Shown here piece after piece: positions 27,705-37,100 of a stretch of DNA of 62,735 nt. The notes under the pieces are model-generated. The model saw only the letters and a list, made by a program, of their open reading frames with translations, had not been told where the DNA came from and did no database searches. The DNA lies in IMG/VR virus record IMGVR_UViG_3300002461_000940, positions 1-62,735 of that record. One strand, given 5' to 3'. The stretch's first letter is position 1; every line of letters starts with the position of its first letter. This stretch comes from a virus. Its lineage: Duplodnaviria; Caudoviricetes. A program made the translations under genes and the position numbers.

Positions 27705-28964
27705 ATGCAGCTCGTACACCTGGCGTCCCGTCTCTACGGGACGCCGCTTCTCATCGCCCGCGCCAAGCTCGACGTGATCCTGGCCGTGCTGGGGCCACGT
27801 ATCGGTCTGCAAGGTCTGGACATGGCCACACCACTGCCCGGGCCGAGGAGCGAGACCCCAACGTCGCCGGGCATCGCGGTGATTCCGATCCACGGCACGC
27901 TGGTGCGCCGTGCGCTCGGACTGGAGGTGGCCTCGGGCTTGTCCTCGTACGCCGAGATCGGTGCTCGCATCGATGCGGCGCTGGCCGACCCCGCGGTGAA
28001 GGGCATCCTGCTCGACATCGACTCGCCGGGTGGCGAGGCCGGCGGCGTCTTCGAACTCGCCGACCGCATCCGGCTGGCCAGCGCCATCAAGCCGGTCTGG
28101 GCGCACGCCAACGATGCCGCCTTTTCGGCCGCCTACGCCCTCGCGGCTTCGGCCACACGTCTCACGCTGTCGCAGACGGCGGGGGTCGGCTCGATCGGCG
28201 TCATCGCTCTGCACGTCGACCAGTCGGTCAAGGACGCCAAGGACGGCCTGACCTACACCGCGATCTACGCCGGCCAGCACAAGAACGACTTCTCGCCGCA
28301 CGCGCCGCTGTCGGAGGTGGCCGGAGCGGCGCTGCAGCTCGAGGTCGATCGCCTCTACGAGATCTTTGTCAGCCAGGTCGCTGGGATGCGCGGCCTGGAG
28401 CCCGAGGCCATCCGCAGCCTGGAAGCCCGCCTTGTCTTCGGCGCAGCCGCGGTCACCGCCGGCCTGGCCGACGGCGTGGCGAGCCTGGAGCAAGTCGTGG
28501 CGGAGTTCGCCGCCAGCCTGGCCGCCCAGCGGCGGTTGGGCATCGCCTCGTCGGCCCAGCGCACGCCACCGGCGCGGGCTTCGCCTGTGGCTGCCGAAGC
28601 CCCGCCCGTGCCCCTCAGTTCCCCATCTAACCCGGAGTCCCCGATGGAACAGCTCTCTCCTACCGCGACCGCAGAAACCCCCCCGACGGCGCCAGCGCCC
28701 CTGGCGGCCGAACCCCTCACCCCGAACCCGCGCGCCGAAGCGCAGGCGATCGCCGAGATCTGCCTGATTGCCGGCGCCTCGCAGCGCACGGCCGAGTTCC
28801 TCGCTGCCGGCCTGAGCGAGGCCCAGGTCCGCCGCGCTTTGCTGGAAGCCCGAGCCGACCAGCCCGAGATCGCCTCGCGCATCACCGCCGATGCCGGCAC
28901 CGCCCTGCGTCCCGAGACCAGCCCGGTCGTCGCCGCCGTCAAGAAGCTCATCACCAAGGAGTAA
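27705..28964 (+). CDS. S49 capsid maturation protease/scaffold
   Basis: LDIDSPGG, AFSAAYALA, GSIGV; Pro/Ala-rich scaffold-like C-terminus. Confidence 0.92.
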   Translation: MQLVHLASRLYGTPLLIARAKLDVILAVLGPRIGLQGLDMATPLPGPRSETPTSPGIAVIPIHGTLVRRALGLEVASGLSSYAEIGARIDAALADPAVKGILLDIDSPGGEAGGVFELADRIRLASAIKPVWAHANDAAFSAAYALAASATRLTLSQTAGVGSIGVIALHVDQSVKDAKDGLTYTAIYAGQHKNDFSPHAPLSEVAGAALQLEVDRLYEIFVSQVAGMRGLEPEAIRSLEARLVFGAAAVTAGLADGVASLEQVVAEFAASLAAQRRLGIASSAQRTPPARASPVAAEAPPVPLSSPSNPESPMEQLSPTATAETPPTAPAPLAAEPLTPNPRAEAQAIAEICLIAGASQRTAEFLAAGLSEAQVRRALLEARADQPEIASRITADAGTALRPETSPVVAAVKKLITKE

Positions 28965-28967
28965 CCC

Positions 28968-29345
28968 ATGCCCACTATCCAAGAAGCCCTCAACCTCGGC
29001 GACCTGCTCAAGTACGAGGCACCGAACCTGTACTCGCGCGACCTGGCAACGGTGGCCAGCGGCCAGAACCTGGTCCTCGGAACAGTCGTCGGTCGCGCAC
29101 CGGTGACCGGCAAGCTCTCGCCGATCGACCCCGACGCTCTCGACAGCAGCGCCGAGGCGGTCGGGGTCCTGGCCTTCTCGATCGACGCCACGGCGGCCGA
29201 TCGCGATGACGCTCTGCTCATCGCCCGTCACGCCATCGTGGCCAGCCACGCTCTGGCCTGGCCCGCCGGCATCACCCCCACCCAGAAGGCCACCGCAATC
29301 GCCCAGCTGAGCGCGCGCGGGGTCCTCGTCCGTACTTCGGCCTGA
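28968..29345 (+). CDS. Head decoration protein (gpD-like)
   Basis: Position between protease and capsid; LVLGTVVG...AVGVL. Confidence 0.85.
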   Translation: MPTIQEALNLGDLLKYEAPNLYSRDLATVASGQNLVLGTVVGRAPVTGKLSPIDPDALDSSAEAVGVLAFSIDATAADRDDALLIARHAIVASHALAWPAGITPTQKATAIAQLSARGVLVRTSA

Positions 29346-29359
29346 TCAGGAGCCCCACC

Positions 29360-30364
29360 ATGCAGAACCCTTTCAACAACCCCGCGTTCTCGATGGCAGC
29401 CCTGACGGCGGCCATCAACATCCTCCCCAACCGGTACGGTCGTCTCGAAGACCTGAACCTGATGCCGGCCAAGCCGGTACGCCAGCGCCAAATCATCGTG
29501 GAGGAGATGAATGGCGTGCTGAACCTGCTGCCGACGCTGCCGCCCGGCTCGCCCGGTACGGTGGGCACGCGCGGCAAGCGCAAGCTGCGCTCCTTCGTCG
29601 TGCCGCACATCCCGCACGACGACGTCGTCCTGCCCGAGGAGGTCCAGGGCATCCGTTCCTTCGGCTCGGAGACCGAGACCGAGACGGTGGCCGGGGTCAT
29701 CGCGCGCCATCTGGAGACCATGCGCAACAAGCATGCGATCACGCTGGAGCACCTCCGCATGGGGGCCCTCAAAGGGGTGATCCTGGACGCCGATGGCTCC
29801 GTCCTTTACGACCTCTTCGACGAGTTCGAGATCACGCCGCAGGCCATTGCCTACGACCTGGGCAACGCCGCCACGAACGTCAAGGCCAAGTGCATCGCCA
29901 CCCTGGCCGCTATCGAGGACAACCTCAAGGGCGAGTTCATGAATGGCGTGCACTGCCTGTGCTCGCCGGAGTTCTTCACGGCGCTGACCGGCCACGCCAA
30001 GGTCGAGAAGGCGTTCGAGAACTGGCAGCAGGGCGCCATCCTCATCAACGACGTGCGGCGCGGCTTCACCTACGCGGGCGTGACCTTCGAGGAGTACCGC
30101 GGCCAGGCCACCGACCTCACTGGCACCTCGCGTCGCTTCATCGCTGCAGGTGAGGCGCATGCCTTTCCAATGGGCACGGTGGACACCTTCGGCACCTACT
30201 TCGCTCCGGCGGACTTCAACGAGACCGTCAACACGGTGGGGCAGCCGCTGTACGCCAAGCAGGAACCGCGCAAGTTCGAGCGCGGCACCGACCTGCACAC
30301 GCAGTCCAACCCGCTGCCGATGTGCCACCGCCCGGGGGTGCTGGTCAAGTTGACCGTGGCGTGA
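29360..30364 (+). CDS. Major capsid protein (gpE family)
   Basis: 334 aa; C-terminus QSNPLPMCHRPGVLV. Confidence 0.92.
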   Translation: MQNPFNNPAFSMAALTAAINILPNRYGRLEDLNLMPAKPVRQRQIIVEEMNGVLNLLPTLPPGSPGTVGTRGKRKLRSFVVPHIPHDDVVLPEEVQGIRSFGSETETETVAGVIARHLETMRNKHAITLEHLRMGALKGVILDADGSVLYDLFDEFEITPQAIAYDLGNAATNVKAKCIATLAAIEDNLKGEFMNGVHCLCSPEFFTALTGHAKVEKAFENWQQGAILINDVRRGFTYAGVTFEEYRGQATDLTGTSRRFIAAGEAHAFPMGTVDTFGTYFAPADFNETVNTVGQPLYAKQEPRKFERGTDLHTQSNPLPMCHRPGVLVKLTVA

Positions 30365-30651
30365 CCGTGGGCCTGATCGAACGACTCTACGAGGCGGCAG
30401 CGAACGCGGGCCTGCTGGTGAGCGCCGAGGTGGCCGGCCGCACGGTATCGGTCGGTTTCCTGTGCATCGACGACAACCTGCTCGACGGGCTGGTCCGTTC
30501 GGCGGCCTACACGATCACCTACCCGCTGTCGCTGCTGCCCGACCTGGAGACAGGACACACCGTCTTGATCGCAGGCCAGACCTACCAGGTGCGTGACGTG
30601 CGCGCCATCGGCGACGGGACCGAGCGTCGCGCCGATCTCACTCGGCTGTAG
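30361..30651 (+). CDS. Head-tail joining protein
   Basis: IAGQTYQVRDVRAIGDG; position after capsid. Confidence 0.7.
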   Translation: MTVGLIERLYEAAANAGLLVSAEVAGRTVSVGFLCIDDNLLDGLVRSAAYTITYPLSLLPDLETGHTVLIAGQTYQVRDVRAIGDGTERRADLTRL

Positions 30652-30660
30652 GCGGTGGCG

Positions 30661-31101
30661 ATGACCTCGATCCGCGAGCAGATTCTGCTGGCGGTGATGG
30701 CGGTTGTTCGCCCCACGGCTGAGGGGCTGGGCGCCACCGTCCACCGCTCACCCACGGTGGCCATCAACCGGGAGCAATGCCCGGCGCTGGTGGTGTTCCC
30801 CGAGTCCGATGCGATCACCGAGCGTGCCAACGACCGCGTCACGCGGGAGCTGACCGTTCGCATCGTCGCCCTGGTCCGCGCCGTCCCGCCCGTCGCGCCC
30901 GAGACCGAGGCCGACCAGTTGCTCACCGCCGCGCACGCGGCGTTGATGGCCGACCTGAACCTCGGTGGCCTGGCCCTCTGCATCCGAGAGCAGGAGTGCG
31001 AGTGGGAGGTGGAGGACGCCGACGCCGTGGCCGCCGCCATCCCGGCGCGCTACGCGATCACCTACCGGACGCTTGCGCGCGACATCTCCTCACCAGGATG
31101 A
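30661..31101 (+). CDS. Tail terminator-like protein
   Basis: SIREQIL...PALVVFPE...LGGLA; position. Confidence 0.65.
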   Translation: MTSIREQILLAVMAVVRPTAEGLGATVHRSPTVAINREQCPALVVFPESDAITERANDRVTRELTVRIVALVRAVPPVAPETEADQLLTAAHAALMADLNLGGLALCIREQECEWEVEDADAVAAAIPARYAITYRTLARDISSPG

Positions 31102-31105
31102 ACCC

Positions 31106-31315
31106 ATGCCCCGACTTGTCTTGAAACGCCCGCACACCCACGCGGGCAAGGCCCTCCAGGCCGGCGACCGGATCGACGTCGAAGCGACTACGGCCGACTG
31201 GCTGATCGCCCACGGCGTCGCCGCACCCGATGCCGTGCCGCCGAAGGCAGACCCCGAATCCGCTGACATCAAACCCGACCTTCCCCGGTCCCAACGCAAG
31301 GAATCCAAGCCATGA
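31106..31315 (+). CDS. Small phage protein
   Basis: LKRPHTHAG...GDRIDV...ADWLIAHG; coupled to the tail tube gene. Confidence 0.7.
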   Translation: MPRLVLKRPHTHAGKALQAGDRIDVEATTADWLIAHGVAAPDAVPPKADPESADIKPDLPRSQRKESKP

Positions 31316-32064
31316 GCACCTACGCCAGTTTCCAAGGCCGCGTCTTCCTCGGCAAGCGCGACATCGCCGGCCTTCCCATCGAAGTGCGCTCGCCCGGCAA
31401 CGTCGCCGAGCTGAAGCTCTCCCTCAAGACCGACGTGCTGGAGCACTACGAGAGCCAGACCGGCCAGCGCTCGCTCGACCATCGCATGGTCAAGCAGAAG
31501 TCGGCCACCGTGAACCTCACCATCGAGGAGTTCACCAAGGAGAACCTGGCGCTTGCGCTGTACGGCACGCACGTGGTCGGCACGCCGGGCACCGTGACGG
31601 ACGAACCCATCGGTGGCGCCACGCCGACGGTGGGCGACCGCTACTTCTTCGCCCACCCCAAGGTGTCCTCGCTGGTGGTCGTCGATTCCGCTGGCACGCC
31701 GGCCACACTGACCGCTGGCACCCACTACACCGCCGACCTGGACTTCGGTGCCCTCCAGTTTCTGGATACCACCGGCTTCACCGCGCCGTTCAAGGCGAGC
31801 TACGGCTACGGCGTGGCCACCGAGATCGGCATCTTCACGCAGGCGTTGCCGGAGCGTTACCTGCGGCTCGAAGGCATCAACACGGCGCAGGGCAACGCCA
31901 AGGTGCTGGTCGAGCTCTACCGCGTGGCCTTCGACCCGCTCAAGGAGATCTCCTTCATCTCCGACGAGTACAACAAGTTCGAGCTGGAAGGTTCGCTGCT
32001 GGCCGACAGCACCAAGCCCTTCGACGCGGTGCTCGGCCAGTTCGGCCGCATCGTGCAGCTCTGA
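31312..32064 (+). CDS. Major tail (tube) protein
   Basis: GNVAELKLS, EEFTKENLALAL, FELEGSLLAD; position. Confidence 0.8.
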   Translation: MSTYASFQGRVFLGKRDIAGLPIEVRSPGNVAELKLSLKTDVLEHYESQTGQRSLDHRMVKQKSATVNLTIEEFTKENLALALYGTHVVGTPGTVTDEPIGGATPTVGDRYFFAHPKVSSLVVVDSAGTPATLTAGTHYTADLDFGALQFLDTTGFTAPFKASYGYGVATEIGIFTQALPERYLRLEGINTAQGNAKVLVELYRVAFDPLKEISFISDEYNKFELEGSLLADSTKPFDAVLGQFGRIVQL

Positions 32065-32078
32065 GGGATGGGTGCGCC

Positions 32079-32474
32079 ATGAACGATCTGGACACCCTCG
32101 TCCCGCAAGGGATCGAACTCGTCATCGACGGCGAGCCCCTGGTGATCAAGCCGCTGAAGGTCGGGCAGTTGCCCGGTTTTCTGCGCGCCATCTCGCCGGT
32201 GATGCAGCAGATCTCGTCCACGGAGATTGACTGGCTGGCGCTGTTTGGCGAGCGCGGCGATGACCTGCTGTCGGCCATCGCCATCGCGGTCGGCAAGCCT
32301 CGGGCCTGGGTCGACGAGCTGGCCGCCGACGAGGCGATCCTGCTTGCAGCCAAGGTGATCGAGGTCAACGCCGATTTTTTTACCCGGACGGTGATGCCGA
32401 GGCTCGACAGGGTGCTCGCGGCGGGCCTGAAGGTGCCAGCAGCGAAGGTTGGTTCGACGCCATCCAACACCTGA
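32079..32474 (+). CDS. Tail assembly chaperone (G-like)
   Basis: Follows the tail tube; contains the slippery GAT TTT TTT. Confidence 0.8.
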   Translation: MNDLDTLVPQGIELVIDGEPLVIKPLKVGQLPGFLRAISPVMQQISSTEIDWLALFGERGDDLLSAIAIAVGKPRAWVDELAADEAILLAAKVIEVNADFFTRTVMPRLDRVLAAGLKVPAAKVGSTPSNT

Positions 32475-32680
32475 TCGAGCACGGCCACCGCTTGCCCGAC
32501 ATCCTCGGCTACACGCTGGCGCAGTTGCGCGGTTTCATGGCGGCCACTATCCGGACCGACGCTGCACGTGACGCCCGGCTGCTGTCACTGCTCGCCATTG
32601 GCACGCGCGGCGACGCGCGTCAGCTCGACAAGACCCTCGACCGCCTGACTGACCATGCGCATCTCGATCCGCATCGATAG
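32375..32680 (+). CDS. -1 frameshift extension of the tail chaperone (GT-like)
   Basis: The -1 frame from the T7 run (32375-32381) is open to 32680: ...WFDAIQHLIEHGHRLPDILGYTLAQLRGF. Confidence 0.75.
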   Translation, partial: FFYPDGDAEARQGARGGPEGASSEGWFDAIQHLIEHGHRLPDILGYTLAQLRGFMAATIRTDAARDARLLSLLAIGTRGDARQLDKTLDRLTDHAHLDPHR

Positions 32681-33299
32681 CGCCGCGGGCAACGCACAGT
32701 TGCGCCGCTGGGGCGGCGAGTTCCGGACCAAGGTGCAGAAGGCGGTCGAGCGCGCCATGCGCACCGAGGCCGCCGAGATCAAGGACGACGTGCGTGCCCA
32801 TGTGGCCGGTCAGATGTCGGTGGTCAGGAAGTCCTTCCTCAAGGGCTTCACCGCCAAGGTGCTGGCCAAGGACCCGAACCGGCTGCCAGCGCTCTACGTC
32901 GGCTCGCGGATTCCGTGGTCGGCCATGCACGAGACCGGTGGACAGATCGCCGGGCGGATGCTGATCCCCTTGCACGGACGGGTCGGACGCAAGCGCTTCA
33001 AGGCGCAAGTGGCCGAACTCATGCGCGGCGGCAACGCCTACTTCATCAAGAACGCCAAGGGGAACATCGTCCTGATGGCCGAGAACATCAAGGAGCACGA
33101 CCGGCCGCTGTCGGGCTTCAAGCGCCGCTACCGCAAGGCCGAAGGCGTCAAGCGGCTGAAGCGCGGCGCCGACATTCCCATCGCCGTGCTCGTGCCCAAG
33201 GTGGTGCTCAAGAAGCGCCTGAACGTTGAGCGCCTGGTGGCGGGCCGGATTCCACGCCTGTCGGCAGCGGTGGAGCAGAGCCTGAATCAAATCGTGTGA
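32655..33299 (+). CDS. DUF6441-like neck/tail completion protein
   Basis: Basic 214 aa protein; PIAVLVPKVVLKKRLNV. Confidence 0.65.
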   Translation: MRISIRIDSAAGNAQLRRWGGEFRTKVQKAVERAMRTEAAEIKDDVRAHVAGQMSVVRKSFLKGFTAKVLAKDPNRLPALYVGSRIPWSAMHETGGQIAGRMLIPLHGRVGRKRFKAQVAELMRGGNAYFIKNAKGNIVLMAENIKEHDRPLSGFKRRYRKAEGVKRLKRGADIPIAVLVPKVVLKKRLNVERLVAGRIPRLSAAVEQSLNQIV

Positions 33300-33302
33300 C
33301 CA

Positions 33303-34106
33303 CTATCGCGGAACACGCACGTAGCGAATGGGGTTCTGCGATCCACTGCCAGCAGTGCCGAACAGGGACGAGGCGTTCTTCTGACTGAAGCTCGCCCCCG
33401 TCAGCGGGGCTTCGTGAAGAGGCACGAAAGTGAATCGGCCCTCTGCATCTGGGCCTTGCCACTCCTTGACCTCGAAGACACCACGGACGATGCCGTTGGC
33501 GTGAATGATCGCGTAGCGGCATCGCGAAGCGCGCTGCTTGCTGAGCTTCCAGCGGCTCTTGGAGACGTCGAGCAGCGTGGACTTCTGCGCAACGACTTCA
33601 GCCCACCGCCGATTGATGTTGATCGCGACGACTTCCTCCGACTCGGCGAGGCCCGGTAGATCTGCAATTCGGAAAGGTTCGCCTTTCGTCGCTTCCAGGT
33701 CTTGCACCGTCTTCAAGCCGAAGTGAGTCGTGCCATGACCAGAGACCTGATTCGTCAGAGCGCCTCCTAGCTGCCAGTCAAGAACGCTGATGAGGGCGGC
33801 CTCAATCAGCAGCGCCTGCTCGGGGGTCAGCCCTTCCCGGACGATGTACATGGACGGATCGGAGCCCGCTCGCAGCAGGGCCGCAATGCGCTGCCGCTTC
33901 GGCGACAGGCCATCGGTGTCGACGTCCTCATCTTCCGGAGTTTCGAGCAGGCGCATTGGATCGTCGGTCAGTAGCCGACGCACATCTTCGACGTGATCGA
34001 AGACGCGATTTCCTTGGCCCTTGCCCACGTAAAAGATCCGGTCGTCCAAGTCTGCAAGGGCATAGACATAGGACCCGATCGCTTCAACGGTTGCCGGTGA
34101 GAACAC
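33303..34106 (-). CDS. LEM-3-like GIY-YIG nuclease domain protein (moron)
   Basis: YVYAL...FYVGKG.GNRVFDH, ALLIEAALI, LTNQVSG; antisense within the tail operon. Confidence 0.8.
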   Translation of the reverse strand: MFSPATVEAIGSYVYALADLDDRIFYVGKGQGNRVFDHVEDVRRLLTDDPMRLLETPEDEDVDTDGLSPKRQRIAALLRAGSDPSMYIVREGLTPEQALLIEAALISVLDWQLGGALTNQVSGHGTTHFGLKTVQDLEATKGEPFRIADLPGLAESEEVVAININRRWAEVVAQKSTLLDVSKSRWKLSKQRASRCRYAIIHANGIVRGVFEVKEWQGPDAEGRFTFVPLHEAPLTGASFSQKNASSLFGTAGSGSQNPIRYVRVPR

Positions 34107-34148
34107 AACCCATCCTTTCGCTCATCAGTTACTTGGAATCTACCCGCG

Positions 34149-37100
34149 ATGTCTAGCAAGCGCATCAGCATCCTCGTTGCACTCGAAGGTGCCGACGAGG
34201 GGCTCAAGCGCGCCATCACGTCTGCCGAGCGCAGCCTGGGCGAGCTCTCCAGCACGGCCAAGACCAGCGGCGCCAAGGCTGCCTCGGGTATCGCCGAAGT
34301 GCGCGCGGGCATGTCCGCCTTCGGCGAACAGGTCAACCGGGCAAAGGGACAGCTTCTGGCTTTCCTGACGATCAATTGGGCCGGCGGCAAGGTCCAGGAG
34401 ATCGTGCAGATCGCCGACGCGTGGAACATGATGTCCGCGCGCCTGAAGTTGGCCACGGCTGGGCAGCGCGAGTACGTCACTGCGCAGAAGGAACTCTTCG
34501 CCATCGCGCAGCGCATCGGCGTGCCGATCCAGGAGACGGCCACGCTGTACGGCAAGCTGCAGCAGGCAGTGCGGATGCTGGGCGGCGAACAGCAGGACGC
34601 GCTGTCCATCACCGAGAGCATCTCGCAGGCCCTGCGACTCTCCGGTGCGTCCGCCACCGAGGCACAGTCTTCGCTGCTGCAGTTCGGCCAGGCGCTGGCC
34701 TCGGGCGTGCTGCGCGGTGAGGAGTTCAACTCCGTCGTCGAGAACAGCCCGCGCTTGGCCCAGGCCCTGGCCGATGGCCTGAACGTGCCTATCGGGCGAC
34801 TGCGCAAGCTCGCCGAGGAAGGACGCCTGACCGCCGACGTGGTGGTCAACGCGTTGATGAGCCAGAAGGACAAGCTGGCCAGTGAGTACGCGCAGTTGCC
34901 GCAGACGGTCAGCCAGAGCTTCGAGCGCTTGCGCAACGCCTTCGCTCAGTGGGTCAGTAAGGTGGACGAATCCACCGGGCTCACCAAGAAGCTGGCCGAG
35001 GCGCTGACCTTCCTGGCCAACAACCTCGACACGGTGATGCAGTGGTTGAAGCGCATCGCCGAAGTTGGGCTGGCGGTGCTGATCTACCGTCTGATCCCCG
35101 CTCTGATCACCGCCTGGCAGACAGTCGGGGCGGCAGCGGTCACGGCGGCCACCGCCACGTCGGCCGCGTGGGCGACCGCGAACCTGTCGGTGTCGGCGGC
35201 GGTCGCCAGCGTCGGCTTGCTCAAGACCGCGTTCGCTGTCTTGGGCGCTTTCCTCGTCGGCTGGGAGATCGGTACCTGGCTGTCCGAGAAGTTCGAGATC
35301 GTCCGCAAGGCCGGCATCTTCATGGTGGAGATGTTGGTCAAGGGTATCGAGCAGCTGCGCTACCGCTGGGAGGTCTTCGCCGCCATCTTCACATCGGACA
35401 CGATTGCCGAGGCCACAAAGCGCCACGAGGCACGGCTCGCGGAGATGAACCAGATCTTCGCGCAGATGTATGCCGACGCCTCTCGCGGGGCGGACGCGGC
35501 CAAGGGTGCGATGAACACCGCCGCGACGACCGCCGAGGAGATCGCCAAGCGGCTGGAGGCCGTGCGCCAGGGTACGCAGGAGGCGGTCGGCCGGGGCATC
35601 GAGGCGGTGCACAACGCGCTGGAGCGCCTGAAGACTCGGATCGGCGAGGTCGATCAAGCTGTCGGCAAGGCCAACCAGACGGTCAACGACGCCACCGCCA
35701 AGATGGCCGAGGCGTACAAGGGCCTGACCTCCATCGTCGAGGCCAACCTGCTGCGGCAGATCGAGGCAGTCAAGGCCCGCTACCAGCAAGAGCAATCGGC
35801 GCTGGAGACCACCAAGCAGTCCGAGGCGGCGCTGATCACCAAGGCGACGCAGCTGCTCACCGACGCGCTGACCCAGCAGACGACGCTGCGCCGGCAGGCG
35901 ACCACCGACACGCTCAAGCTGATCGACGACGAGTCGCGCGCTCGCATCGATGCCGCACGCCGGCAGGGGCAGACCGAGGAAGAGCGCCGCGCCAACGTGC
36001 AGCGGGTCGAGAACGAGATCCTGGCGACTAAGCGCCAGACGATGACGCAGGCGTTGGCTGAGTACCGGCAGCACATCGACGCCCTCAACGCCGAGGCCAA
36101 CCGCCACCTGGCCGAGATCAAGCGCATCGAGGAGGAGAAGCGCCAGCTCTCGATGACGACGGAGGAGCGCATCCGCGACATCCGCCGTCAGGGCATGACG
36201 GAGTTCGAGGCGACCGAGGACCGCAAGCGCCAGGTCGCCGAGTACCAGGAGAAGGCACGCACTGCGCTGGCCAACGGCGAGTTCGAGCAAGCTCGGCAAC
36301 TCGCGCAAAAAGCGATGGACCTCGCCTCGCAGGTGGCGAGTGCCCAGACCAGCGAGGCCAAGCGTGGCGAGGATGCGCGCAAGCAGTCTGAGCAGGCGGT
36401 CACCCAGGTCACCCAGATCGAGGCGCAATCGCGCGAGGCCTACCGCAAGCAGGAGTACGCACAGGCCGAGGCCCTGATGCGGCAAGCGGACCAGCTACGC
36501 GCCGAGCTGGCCCAGAAAACCAAAGAGTCCGACGCCCAGATTGCGCAAGGCAAGGACGGCGTCAACCAGGCCATCCAGCGCATCCGGGAGTCCGAGGAAA
36601 TCCTCAACCAGACCCTGGACGCTGAAGCCAAGGCGCACCAGCGTGCGGCGCAGTCGGCGATCTCGGCGCGCGATGAGATCCAGCGGACGCTCACCGAGAC
36701 GTCGAACCAGATCGACCAGATCACCGCGAAGCTCGCCGAGGGGCTCAAGGTCACTCTGGACGCGGACACCTCGCGCTTCGACCAGGCGATTGCCGACCTC
36801 GACAAGGCCATCGCCGAGAAACAGTACCTGCTGGCGATCCAGGCCGATTTGCAGGAGGCGGAGAAGAAGCTCAAGGAGTACGAGCAGCTGCTCAAGGAAG
36901 GCAAGACGCTGCCGCTCGACGCCGATGTCTCAAAGGCGAAGGACGCGCTCGCCAAGCTCAAGGTCTACGCCGACCAGAACTCGCAGTTCGAACTGAAGGT
37001 GGCGACGGAGAAGGCGCAGGCGGCCATCGGCAATGTCGAACGGCAGATCCTGGCGTTGGACCGCCTCCAGACCGAGTCGCGCCACCAGGTCAACTCGAAC

